Shown: positions 27,276 to 38,918, counted from the stretch's first letter. The stretch: 64,000 bases of DNA from Octopus bimaculoides (GCF_001194135.2 NC_068998.1:2836120-2900119), one strand, 5' to 3'. The notes: generated by a model not told the origin, from the letters alone. Numbers and translations: made by a program.

Positions 27276-27873
27276 TTATGTATGTATATATAGCTAGATA
27301 GTGTGCATTATGTATATGTTTATATGTATATGCTCATAGCTACACAATCAGTCTCTTACACTCTCTCGCAGACAGACACACACACGCATTAACGCGCCCA
27401 CACACTTAGACACACCTTTGGCGAATTAAGACGTTGAGTGAATTTAGTATAGCCATTTTGGAAACTACTTTACACATAATTCATTTCTACTACACAAAAC
27501 ACACACACACACACACACATACAGAGGCTGGATAGTGGAGTTGGTAGACTGGGAAATTGGGGGAGAGGAGGATGATGAGAGATGAAGAGAGGGTGAGTGC
27601 GAGTGAGATTCAGATAGAGAGAGAAGAGTTCTCAAAATAGAGAAAAAGATATTTGGAGAGAAGGAGAGAGAGAGAAAGAAAGAGAAAGTAGATGTAAAAA
27701 GTAAATGGGATTCTTTCTATCTCTCTATCTATTTATCTATCTACTTGTGTGTCTCTCCATAAATCTATATATCTATCTGTTATTGTCTCTCTTTCTATCT
27801 CAGTCTCTCTCTATTGCTCTTTTAAATACGTGTCTCTATCTTTCTGTATATTTCTATCTAGCACTCTCTCTCC

Positions 27874-27907
<34 letters not shown>

Positions 27908-28913
27908 GTATGTATGTGTGCGAGTGTGTGTGTGTATATATATANNNNNNNNNNNNNNNNNNNNNNNNNNNNNNNNNNNNNNNNNNNNNNNNNNNNNNNN
28001 NNNNNNNNNNNNNNNNNNNNNNNNNNNNNNNNNNNNNNNNNNNNNNNNNNNNNNNNNNNNNNNNNNNNNNNNNNNNNNNNNNNNNNNNNNNNNNNNNNNN
28101 NNNNNNNNNNNNNNNNNNNNNNNNNNNNNNNNNNNNNNNNNNNNNNNNNNNNNNNNNNNNNNNNNNNNNNNNNNNNNNNNNNNNNNNNNNNNNNNNNNNN
28201 NNNNNNNNNNNNNNNNNNNNNNNNNNNNNNNNNNNNNNNNNNNNNNNNNNNNNNNNNNNNNNNNNNNNNNNNNNNNNNNNNNNNNNNNNNNNNNNNNNNN
28301 NNNNNNNNNNNNNNNNNNNNNNNNNNNNNNNNNNNNNNNNNNNNNNNNNNNNNNNNNNNNNNNNNNNNNNNNNNNNNNNNNNNNNNNNNNNNNNNNNNNN
28401 NNNNNNNNNNNNNNNNNNNNNNNNNNNNNNNNNNNNNNNNNNNNNNNNNNNNNNNNNNNNNNNNNNNNNNNNNNNNNNNNNNNNNNNNNNNNNNNNNNNN
28501 NNNNNNNNNNNNNNNNNNNNNNNNNNNNNNNNNNNNNNNNNNNNNNNNNNNNNNNNNNNNNNNNNNNNNNNNNNNNNNNNNNNNNNNNNNNNNNNNNNNN
28601 NNNNNNNNNNNNNNNNNNNNNNNNNNNNNNNNNNNNNNNNNNNNNNNNNNNNNNNNNNNNNNNNNNNNNNNNNNNNNNNNNNNNNNNNNNNNNNNNNNNN
28701 NNNNNNNNNNNNNNNNNNNNNNNNNNNNNNNNNNNNNNNNNNNNNNNNNNNNNNNNNNNNNNNNNNNNNNNNNNNNNNNNNNNNNNNNNNNNNNNNNNNN
28801 NNNNNNNNNNNNNNNNNNNNNNNNNNNNNNNNNNNNNNNNNNNNNNNNNNNNNNNNNNNNNNNNNNNNNNNNNNNNNNNNNNNNNNNNNNNATATAGTAT
28901 ATATGTATATATG

Positions 28914-28959
<46 letters not shown>

Positions 28960-28964
28960 TATAC

Positions 28965-29002
<38 letters not shown>

Positions 29003-29210
29003 ATATGTGCAGGTTAATGTAAATATATATATATATAAAGTAGAAAACCTAAACAAAAATTGTTTGAAGTATAAATGTCAACACACAAAAAAAATACATT
29101 TAATCGGGGATCAATCAGGCTGAACTTCATTAAATCCTGCATAAGAAACTCGTGGCCATATTCTTTAATAAATCAACCAGTTTAAAGAAATACGACAGAC
29201 AAGGTTCAGT

Positions 29211-29590
29211 GACATGCTGGTTGTATGGATAAGAAGCTTTCATGTTTTCTGGTTCAGTTCCACTTCACAGCACCCTCTACTATAGCACTCAACTGAATGA
29301 CGCCTTGTAGGTTGATGTGGTAGATGGAAACTGTGTGAAACCCTGTCAAATATATTTGTGTGTGTGTGTGTGTGTGCGCGCGCATTTGTGTCTGTGTTTG
29401 TCTTGTCCTCTCACCACTGCTTCACAACTGGTGTTGGTTTGTTCACATTCTATGACAGAATAATTTGACAAAAACATCAATAGAAGAAATACAAGACTTA
29501 TAAAAAGTACCGGTAATCGATTTGTTCAACAAATCTCTTCAAAACTGGTGCCCCAGCATGGCCACAATCCAATGACTGAAACAAATGATA
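29211..29590 (+). mobile_element. SINE-like family 1 copy
   Basis: Head ggttcagttccacttcacagcacc, ggaaactgtgtgaaaccctgtc, then (TG)n, then tail ccccagcatggccacaatccaatgactgaaacaa. Confidence 0.65.
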
Positions 29591-29624
29591 AAAGATTAGA
29601 TATGTGTGTGTGCATGCATCACGT

Positions 29625-29975
29625 GAAAAGTACTCATGCAGGTGCCACATTAAGGGCATGAATGACCATCGGATTGCACCTAGAAAGTTACCCTCTGAGG
29701 CACAAGTCTGGGCAAGGTTGTTTATGGAAGACCAGCAGTCACCCATGCATACCAGCCTCCCTTCTCCACACCACTGATGTTATCCATGGGAAAGGCAAAG
29801 ACTGATACAGCTTGGCACCAGTGATGTCGCAACTCATTTCTACAGCTGAGTGAACTGGAACAATGTGAAATAAAGTGTTTTGCTCAAGAACACAACACGC
29901 AGCCCGGTCCGGGAATCGAACTCACAACCTCATGATCGTAAGCTCAACGCTCCAACCACTGAGCCATGCGCCTTC
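29625..29975 (-). mobile_element. tRNA-derived SINE family 2, near full length
   Basis: Minus-strand head ggcgcatggctcagtggttggagcg..gagttcgattcccgg, with Pol III A-box TGGCTCAGTGG (29956-29966) and B-box GAGTTCGATTCC (29912-29923). Followed by tgtgttcttgagcaaaacactttatttcac..ccagttcactcagctg. Confidence 0.8.
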
Positions 29976-29977
29976 AC

Positions 29978-30395
29978 TGGGATGAGGTGGTGAAGCACGA
30001 TCTTTGAACCTTAGGCCTCACCGAGGCAATGACCAGTGACCGTGACCCTTGGAAATATGCAGTACGTGAGAAGACCCAGCAAGGCAAGTGAGAGCATAAT
30101 CTGTGAGCCAGCTCACTAATCCGTATCTTTACTTTACTTCATTGGACACTAAAAACCCTGCTTGCGAAGACCTGTTGAGGCAAGTGAATTTGGAATTTGG
30201 AATTTGGAATTTGAATCTGAAATTGAAATCGAACCGAATCCGACGACTGGCACCCATACCAACCTCTCCTTCATTGGACACTAAACTCTGCTTGCGAAGA
30301 CCTGTTGGGGCAAGTGAAATCGAAATTGAACCATACTCGATGACTGCTCACCGCGCCAGTGGATCACTAACAGCACTGTCGAGCGTGTTCATGCT
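29978..30395 (+). mobile_element. 5'-truncated RTE-type LINE 3' end with 3' UTR direct repeat
   Basis: 29978-30091 reads WDEVVKHDL*TLGLTEAMTSDRDPWKYAVREKTQQGK*, like an RTE ORF C-terminus. It is followed by two copies of cttcattggacactaaa..ctgcttgcgaagacctgttg.ggcaagtgaa (about 30136 and 30268). Clade call is from recall. Confidence 0.6.
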
Positions 30396-31712
30396 TTCTT
30401 GGAAGCTTCTAGAATGAATGGTCACCAAGGAAGGTCACTGTGATTGGAACCCATGACTTCTGCCAGTCATAAATAAGGCAATAACAAAATCTGTTTGATC
30501 TACAGATGAAAGGTAAAGTCGACCTTGGTGGAATTTGAACTCAGAACACACAAGCAGATGAAATGCCGCTAAAATTTTATCCCAGCATGTTAACAGTTCA
30601 GCCAGCTCACCGCCTTATTTCTATCAATAAATATATTAAACATTCATGAGTTTGCTTTATTTATGATAACACGCAGCCAGCAAGTCCACACAACAATGGT
30701 CTCTATCCAATTCACACCAACTCCAACAGCCACTACTCATGGCAATGTTGGTGTGGGTTTTGTAGTTGTTGCTGCTGTTGTTATAATCATTGTTCTGGTC
30801 GTTACTGCTATAGTTGTTGTTGCTGAGGTGGTGGTGGCGAATGCTGTTAACCCTAGGCCAACTTCTGATTAAAAGTATTTCACACATGACCATCCCATCT
30901 TCTTAAATGGTATCTAGGACCGCAATATTACCCAATACACTCTTCGATGGCAGGGTGTGATTTGAGAGAAATTCCGTTACTATTTCTATACAAGTCGAGC
31001 GACCACATGCAGGAAAAGAAGAAACTTAGAGAGAAGTTTAACATGAAATAACTTGCAATGTAGAAATTTTTGTTAAGAAGGCTAAGAGAAAAAGATGTTT
31101 TATATGACACATTCTACCAGTTTGAAAGTGTTTCGTTAAGAAAACAAGTGGTGCCCGTCAATTCAGAAAGATCCCTTCCTTCCATGATAACGTTTTCCAA
31201 ACCTCTGCTTGTAAGGGTCTCGTAACATTCTCCCATTCACCCACGTTTCAAATGCATTGATTATATTCCCTTCGTATTTGTTCAGAGCCCATGCCTCGCA
31301 ACCACAAACGCCTATTGGCCAAATGGATGCTCACACAAGCCTTGCTTACAATTTAGTCGAGACATTTTTGCTGTTCAGTCGGATATTTCGTGATAAAATA
31401 GAAACAGGTTGTATATTATTCTTGAAGTGTTGCCATTTGAAAACACTAAGGGAATTATAAAAGCAAAGCGTTGTGGGGGGAGGGAGAAAGAAAGAAAGAA
31501 TGTAGATAGAAAAGAAGAAAGACGTTAACAGATTTTGGCGGGAAACGCTGGTTTTAGCCAAATAGTTTGTTACAGATTCAAGGCGAGATAAAGATATTTG
31601 ATTAGTCAGTATATTCAAGTGAAGACACCCACCTTGTTTTCTGTTTTATTTGTTCGTTTACGTGTTGTTGCTGATTTGTATTTTTTAAAACTGCCGTGAA
31701 CATTAAACAGCA

Positions 31713-31743
<31 letters not shown>

Positions 31744-32670
31744 TAACAATAAAAAAAACAGCTACCTACGACCACCAAACATCAACATCATTATACACGG
31801 CAGTCAGGTGAGTCAACCCCGACGAATTTATCAAAACTAATGTGTCATCATCATATGGAGACACTATTAGAATGATGGGAGGGAGTAGACGGGAGGGAGG
31901 GAGTGAGAAGAAGAGAGAAAGGAAGAAAGACGGTGTCGAGACATGTATAGGAAGTAGATGGAGATGGGGGAATAACGAAACCAGCCAACGTCAGTGACTA
32001 CCTCCCATAAATGGGACAAGAACGCAAAATATCCAGACAGGTGAAACAAAAAAGGGACAAAATATCCAGACAGACGATAGAAGGAAAACAAGGACGGGTC
32101 ATTCGGAGTTTTCTATCATATATATATACATATACATACATACATACATACACACACATATATATATATATCAAATAATAGTTTGTATGCATTGATATCT
32201 TTGTTCAAGTATTTTATATTTATCTAATCGTGTGTGTGTGTGTGTTGATGGTCGCGGAATATTTCTACACAGCTGTTGATGGGTTGACAAAGTATTTTCT
32301 ATGATTCATGACAAATTTCGTTTACTGCAGGATTTGTTGAGTCACAACACGCATACCCAGGAAACATTCTTGCAACATGAGCAGATAACACCTTTTGACA
32401 ATCGAAACGATCGATCGATCAGTCAGCTAGAAACAGCTGCAAGTCCCCCCTCAAATCACACCCCATACCACCTGAACTCTTTACCTGTCCAAAGCACTTT
32501 TATGTATTCTTCCTAAACGTCTTTGCTTGTTGTCAGACTTCTAGTTAGCACTTGTTTCATGCGTTCTGAATTACATAAAGCTCCCTTTCATAAGTATTAA
32601 GTTAGTTTAGTTTAGAAATAATACATTTCTAAATCTCTCAGAGAAATTTAGGCAGTAGTGATACGATGAA

Positions 32671-32921
32671 GTAGTTGTATGCTGTCAACTTAATGTGACA
32701 GTCTCCTGAAGGGAATATTGACTGATGACGAGCAAAGACTCAGAAACATGGCTCTGGATGCAGGCTTAGCCGGGTGGAGGTGCTTGTCTCCCCCTTGTAA
32801 ACATAAGGACACAGGAAATGTGTCAAAACCGACAGGAAGCTGTGCAGCTTCCTAGGTCTAGCCAACAGTAGTATTATTCCCTTCAGGGGACTGTCACATT
32901 AAGTTGACAGCATACAACTAC
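32671..32921. mobile_element. MITE with 47 bp near-perfect TIRs (251 bp)
   Basis: 32671-32717 and 32875-32921 are reverse complements with 1 mismatch. No clear TSD seen. Confidence 0.75.
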
Positions 32922-33034
32922 GTCACTTTAGTTGTTGAAAAAATTGGGAATGCGTATCATATTTCATACATGGCTTCCATGGAAATATGTCCTGTATATC
33001 ACAAGAGCGTCAATTGTTTTTAATAGAAGCACAT

Positions 33035-33300
33035 CGTCGTCGTTTAACGTCCGCTTTTCATTCTGGCATGGGTTGGACGGTTTGACTGAGGACTGTCAAG
33101 CCGGGAGGCTGCACCAGACACCAATCTCATCTGGCAAGGTTTCTACAGCTGGATGCCCTTCTTAATGCCAACCACTCCGAGAGTGTAGTGGGTTCTTTTT
33201 CACATCCCACCGACACGGGAGCCTGTCAGGCGGCACTGCCATCGACCACGCTCGAATGGAGCTTTTTACGTGCCAGCCAGGCGGCACTGGCATCGAAAGT
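33035..33300 (+). mobile_element. Unclassified dispersed repeat family 4 ((CAT)n-gtttaacgtccgctttccatgctggcatgggttggacgg...)
   Basis: Copies at 4575-4850(-), 6120-6255(+), 44405-44540(-) and 45735-45925(+), with fragments at about 13660-13800, 41820-41940, 46460-46500 and 51205-51270. Usually anchored in a (CAT/GAT)n tract. Confidence 0.7.
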
Positions 33301-33595
33301 TAGAAATTTTGATGGAGGGAGTTAGGGTATCATTTTACTATAACACCCGTCTCACAGAAGGAAACAACCACCCTTACCCTCACCCTTTCCTTTCTATATG
33401 AGGTAATGATAGATATTCCGGAAGTCCGCCGATCAGAATTTGAGATGGATGTAATAGCAAAAAATTAACCGGAATTTGTTGATTATATCGGCGAACCAGA
33501 ATTTAGCTGGTATTTATTTTATAGTCCCTGAAAGGATGAAGAGTAAAGTTCAGGGGGTATAGAGCCCGGAGAGAAAAAAATACCTACATATCTAT

Positions 33596-33653
<58 letters not shown>

Positions 33654-35289
33654 ACTTACCGGCTTACCTACATATCTACCAATAATATCTATCTAAATTT
33701 ATATATGAGTTGCCTTCGTACTTTTTTTTGACATTGTTGTATCAGCTGTTGCCTGTAAGATGTGACTCAGTCCACAAGATATCCATAAATCTTTAGAAAC
33801 TAACTTCCTCTCGCCATAGACTCACGTAAGGCCCTCTGGCACCACCACCACCGCTGATGTCAATCCCGCCGCCGCCCTCATTCATAACACCGCCTCCACC
33901 TTATTGCCCCCCCCCATTGCTGCTGTCTACCTCTGCCCGCTACCACTTTTGTGTCGTGTCTCTTACCTTCAATTGTGTTTATTAATGTGTATATAAAAAA
34001 GGTAGACGGGGTGTAGGAAGATGGGAGAAAGAGAGGGAAGGAGGAGGTGATAGATGTTCACGTGGACAAACTGAAACAAATTGTTGAATGGTTTACCTGT
34101 TGACTCATTTAACTTATTTACTTACCTTTCTTAAACATCATACATACATACATTATGTGTGTGTGTGTGACATACACATATTAACAAGTGCAAGTTTACA
34201 AGTGACTTCAAAGTTTCCGTTTACAAGCTGCTATGAGTCTGCTGACTGCGAGCAAACGGAAACTTCGAAGTCACAGATAAACTTTTCCGGATCTTTTCTG
34301 TTTGTCTCACACATTCTTCAATTCCTTTAATTTTGTTTCAATTGATTTCGAATTCGGCGTACTGGTGTGGTTTTGTGCGGTAATTTTGGAAATGAAATCC
34401 ATTTTGCCAAGAATTAATAAATAAAAAGTTAAGGGCCGATTTGCTCGACTAAAAGGCGGTGCTCCAGCATGGCCGCAGTCAAATGACTGAAACAAGTAAA
34501 AGAGTAAAAGAGAGCTTTTAAAGTTCGCAAATGTGGGGTAATTTTAGCCAATCGAAAGCCACAGGCATACTGGTGTCTGTTTCCATAGTAACAAGCCAAG
34601 GTTTAGTCTGCTTCACCTGTTTTTATTTTTACCGTTTTTCTTTGAAAAATGGATATTTACGGCTGCTGTCCTGTCACNNNNNNNNNNNNNNNNNNNNNNN
34701 NNNNNNNNNNNNNNNNNNNNNNNNNNNNNNNNNNNNNNNNNNNNNNNNNNNNNNNNNNNNNNNNNNNNNNNNNNNNNNNNNNNNNNNNNNNNNNNNNNNN
34801 NNNNNNNNNNNNNNNNNNNNNNNNNNNNNNNTTCGGCTGCTGTCCTGTCACCTCATTTTCATAATTTTGAACTGTGCATTCCTGGACCTTTTCGACCTAA
34901 ATAGAAATACAACCGCAGCCAAATCGTTTATAACCTTTCGAATATAATTTTCCTTGTAAAAATTAATATTTGTGATTTTCTAGTAAAACGTATCGAGTAC
35001 TTTTTATTGCCTGCCTGCTTGTCTATCTGTCTACCACGCAGTTTCCGTCAACCAAATTCACTCACAAGCAATTGGCAGGACAGGGGCAATAACAGAAGAC
35101 ACTCGGCTTTGTCTTTCGCGGGTCAATAAAAAAGTACAAGTTGAGCAATGGTGTCGATGTAATCGAGTCTCCCCTTCCCTAAAAAGTTGCTGACTTTGTG
35201 TCAAAGATTGAACCACACCAAACTTTGGTAAATGCACGCCCATATACAAACCTGCACGTGCGTGGTTTTAAAATTAAGCCTGCCTCTCA

Positions 35290-35580
35290 TCACATACCTC
35301 CCCCTTCCTCTGCTTCCACATGACAAGAAAATATCTTCCATACAGGATTCCGGTACAAGGGACATAATTCCGATGTATTAAATATTCTTTTCTTGGCTTT
35401 CATCTGGGTGATTTCTTCCATGAATTTAGTTTCGTTTTTTTAACAACTCAAATAATTTTTCAGACCTCCAATGGCAAAGAGCCAACGTCTTACTATCCCT
35501 TCCAGCCATTTCTAATGATTGGTGAAGCTGGTTCTCCATCTCTGGTATGAAACCATTTGGTAATTTGTCCATCACGAGAC
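35290..35580 (-). pseudogene. Possible decayed coding relic, weakly mariner-transposase-like
   Basis: Two frames joined across a 7-A run give ..KTLALCHWRSEKLFELL-KNETKFMEE.., loosely like the mariner block KxMLCxWWD..xELLxxxET. Similarity judged by eye only. Confidence 0.25.
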
Positions 35581-36970
35581 TATACTATTACCTTAATGAA
35601 TAATAATAACATTCCCACTCTATTAATATATGGCAGTTTTTTTTTTTTTTTTTACTCATGGCTTTTTAGACAATTACACACACACGCACATATATACGAC
35701 GGGCATCTCTCAGTTTCCGTCTACCAAATCCACTCACAACGATGCCATGTTATTGCCCAATAAAGACTATTCAAGGAAAATAAATTTTAAAATAACCACA
35801 GATTTCTGTCAGTTAATTTGCAGACGAACGAAATGGAAAATGAAAGAAAAGCGTTTCAAACGACAAAAAAAAAAAAGAAGAAAAAAATGCCGGTAACTCA
35901 TATATCTTGTTAACACAGAATTGTTTCCCTTCACCTTTTCGTTTGACGTATTGTTTCAGGCTCTTTCTATTGACGTTTGATCGTTCGACAAATAAAAGAA
36001 AGAACATAAATTTGACATAGGTCAATTTTAAAATAACCTCAATAAATTCGTTTTCTTTTGAAAATACATTAATAAGAAAAATAGGNNNNNNNNNNNNNNN
36101 NNNNNNNNNNNNNNNNNNNNNNNNNNNNNNNNNNNNNNNNNNNNNNNNNNNNNNNNNNNNNNNNNNNNNNNNNNNNNNNNNNNNNNNNNNNNNNNNNNNN
36201 NNNNNNNNNNNNNNNNNNNNNNNNNNNNNNNNNNNNNNNNNNNNNNNNNNNNNNNNNNNNNNNNNNNNNNNNNNNNNNNNNNNNNNNNNNNNNNNNNNNN
36301 NNNNNNNNNNNNNNNNNNNNNNNNNNNNNNNNNNNNNNNNNNNNNNNNNNNNNNNNNNNNNNNNNNNNNNNNNNNNNNNNNNNNNNNNNNNNNNNNNNNN
36401 NNNNNNNNNNNNNNNNNNNNNNNNNNNNNNNNNNNNNNNNNNNNNNNNNNNNNNNNNNNNNNNNNNNNNNNNNNNNNNNNNNNNNNNNNNGAGTATATAA
36501 ATTTTCGATTATGTGAATAAAATTTAGAAATAATAATTTTGGGGTGGTGTTTCGGGTCATCTGCTCCATCGTCATTTTTTACCCCTAATTTCCGTAATTA
36601 GCAATTTTCACTTTTTTCAAATAAAAAAAAAAGTAAGAAAAATGTTTTTTACGTTTGAAACACCAACATGACTTAAAACATTCGAAAACGAATTTCTGTA
36701 GATTGTCATTCAAAAAATACGTTTTAAAGAGAGTTCTAAGGGAATCCAAACAAAATTGAACAGAAGAGAATGATTGGAAAACTCACTCGAAATATTTTTA
36801 GCTTCAAATGTTATCAACATAATTGTAATCTTTATCCTTGAAAACGTATTTGCGTAAAATTTCATTTGAAAATATGTTTTTCATAAAATTGTGTGAAAAG
36901 AAAGTCGGGAGATGTGCGGCACTTTACTGTAGTTATGTCTATGTGGACGTAAGCAATAAACCGTAATGGA

Positions 36971-37018
36971 ATTTCCCGGCAACCCTCGTTGCTAAGGTAG
37001 CCATCTTTTGTAAACAAA
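36971..37018. promoter_or_regulatory. Tandem RFX X-box-like motifs plus forkhead motif upstream of the dynein light chain gene
   Basis: ATTTCC-C-GGCAAC (36971-36983). GTTGCTAAGGTAGC (36988-37001), whose reverse complement GCTACC-TT-AGCAAC fits RYYNYY-WW-RRNRAC exactly. GTAAACAAA (37010-37018). About 470 bp upstream of a ciliary dynein-2 light chain ATG. Confidence 0.6.
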
Positions 37019-37471
37019 AATCCCGGTCACCTGTTAATACTTGTTGGAGTAAACATATGATGGAAAGTTCTTTTTTTCTCAACGACAGAAAATATTGGCT
37101 TCAAAAGATAGAAAAAGAAAAGAAATAATAACATAATTACGACAATTGTAAAAGAAATTTCTAACGTAATTCTTGATTGAGGAGGAAAACAACAAGCAAA
37201 ATATGGAACTTGGACCTCCAAATCTGTCACTTGCCGGTTGTATAATACAGTGTAATCATATATAATTGGTAGCACAGTGATTGCATATAATAATAGTAAT
37301 ATTAGTAATAATATTATAAATATTAACTATAAAATTAACGACATTATATAAACTATATTGGTGGGTTTTTTTTATATAATTATCATTTCAACGTAAATTC
37401 GAAACTGCTGAAAAGAAAAAAGTCTTAGCTTCGTGTTGTTCCTGTTGGTTTCTATAAACAAACGCCTCATC

Positions 37472-37515
37472 ATGTCTTCTTCAGTTCATATGATCCGGCC
37501 TTTATATCGAAACAA
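37472..37515 (+). CDS. TCTEX1D2: Coding exon 1 of Tctex1-domain dynein light chain (MSSSVHMIRPLYRN-K)
   Basis: ATG at 37472 with an in-frame upstream TGA at 37409-37411. Ends AA|gtaagt (phase 2), matching the phase of exon 2 (AA|A=Lys). Peptide HMIRPLYRNKF parallels the Tctex1D2 N-terminal motif YILRPVFQQRF recalled for the human protein. Confidence 0.82.
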
Positions 37516-37706
37516 GTAAGTTCTCTCTCTCTCTCTCTTTTAATATTATAGTTCAGTGTAGTCTCTCGGTTTATTATCGCAAAAATGGGAGATATCGAGA
37601 AGGATTCCGAAATATTGATGCTGGCATACTAACAAGTGGTCTATATAACACCGATCTCCTCAGTTTCTAACTGGTATTTATTGATTTGTTTAGGGAAAGA
37701 AATCGA

Positions 37707-38116
37707 AGCGGTTTTTTCGGTTTATGACCACAAAATCAAAGAATAAAATTATTTTAACCAGTCGACATTTTAGAAAATTTAAAAAATATATTTTTTCCTT
37801 TGCAGAATCGTAAGCTCCGTATTCTTTAAACGTGGAATCGGCCAAAAAGTTTTTAGGTAAAACAAAAAAAACCCAAAAGTGGATAATGGTGGGGGGAATT
37901 TAAAAATTTGAAAAATTTGTTTTTTTGGCAAAATCGTTATCTTCGTTGTTGATGTTGAAAACTTTGGGAGCAGAAAAAAAGCAGATAAAAATAAAAGAAA
38001 CGATAAAAAATGGGTGTGTGTGTTGCGTGGTACTAATTCCATACATTTATCTGGACATTACGGAATCATATCAAGATTTCGACTTGCAATTTGTGGTCAA
38101 AAACCGAAAGAATGCT
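37707..38116. mobile_element. Probable MITE near the start of intron 1
   Basis: tttcggtttatgaccacaaa (37715-37734) vs tttgtggtcaaaaaccgaaa (38090-38109): 19/20 inverted match around an AT-rich interior. Confidence 0.5.
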
Positions 38117-38879
38117 TTCATCTTTATGATTTCCTCTCTAAAGTCTTCCAGGCTCAACTTTACTTTTGATTCCCAACTCTTCTTCGCTTAGAGACGAGTT
38201 TTTTCAGGTGATTGATATAAGGTTGAAATAATTATGCAACAGTGTCTCTATAGTTACGAAGTCTGTGTGATATATGTGATAAACTTAAGCCCAAATAAGG
38301 TCGACCCAATCCTGGAGTAAACGGAAACTGAAAGGAAGCCTTGGACTGTAATTGCAATTCAAAGGTCTACCCTTATCACACAATGTGTCGCGTTGCTTCT
38401 GTTCGAGGATTGCATTCAAGGTACACATGTATGTCTGTGGAATACTCGACCATATCCTACTAGGACAATATGGAGGAAGTGCAGTTGATAGTTCTACTCA
38501 GTTACTCATTGCTGAAACAGGGGGAGGGGATCCAATTTGTTTCTATTATGTCTAAATAATAAATTAAAAAAATACGGGATGGTCATGGGTGGAATGCCTT
38601 GGATTGTAAGTCTGCTTGGTCAGCATTGACATGGTACCAAACAGCCCCCACCCCCCAGCACTCAACCATTTCAGAGACAGTCATTTGAAACGAGACAACA
38701 GCCGCCCTCAGCTGATTTAAGCTAAACATTCCTTGGGAGACATTTGAGATGTATGTTTGTATATTTAGAACGGAGGAGTTTTGTAATTCTATATTTTTAT
38801 CTTGTTATTTATATGATATGTGTGTATACTAACACACACACACACATATATACATACATGCACACACACACACACACAC

Positions 38880-38918
<39 letters not shown>

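Noticed and set aside
31805-31815. Perfect donor CAG|GTGAGT overlapping an AP-1 site TGAGTCA
   Set aside because: A single short motif with no definable exon; expected by chance in 64 kb.
33416-33430. ETS-like TTCCGGAAGT promoter motif
   Set aside because: An isolated motif with no gene start nearby that I can support.
34657-34851. Direct repeat ggctgctgtcctgtcac on both sides of a gap
   Set aside because: Most simply a collapsed tandem repeat or contig overlap across the N gap.
37027-37275. 82 aa minus-strand ORF with a hydrophobic stretch as a divergent gene
   Set aside because: It starts at GTG, the hydrophobic segment comes from a T-rich tract, and no homology is recognised.
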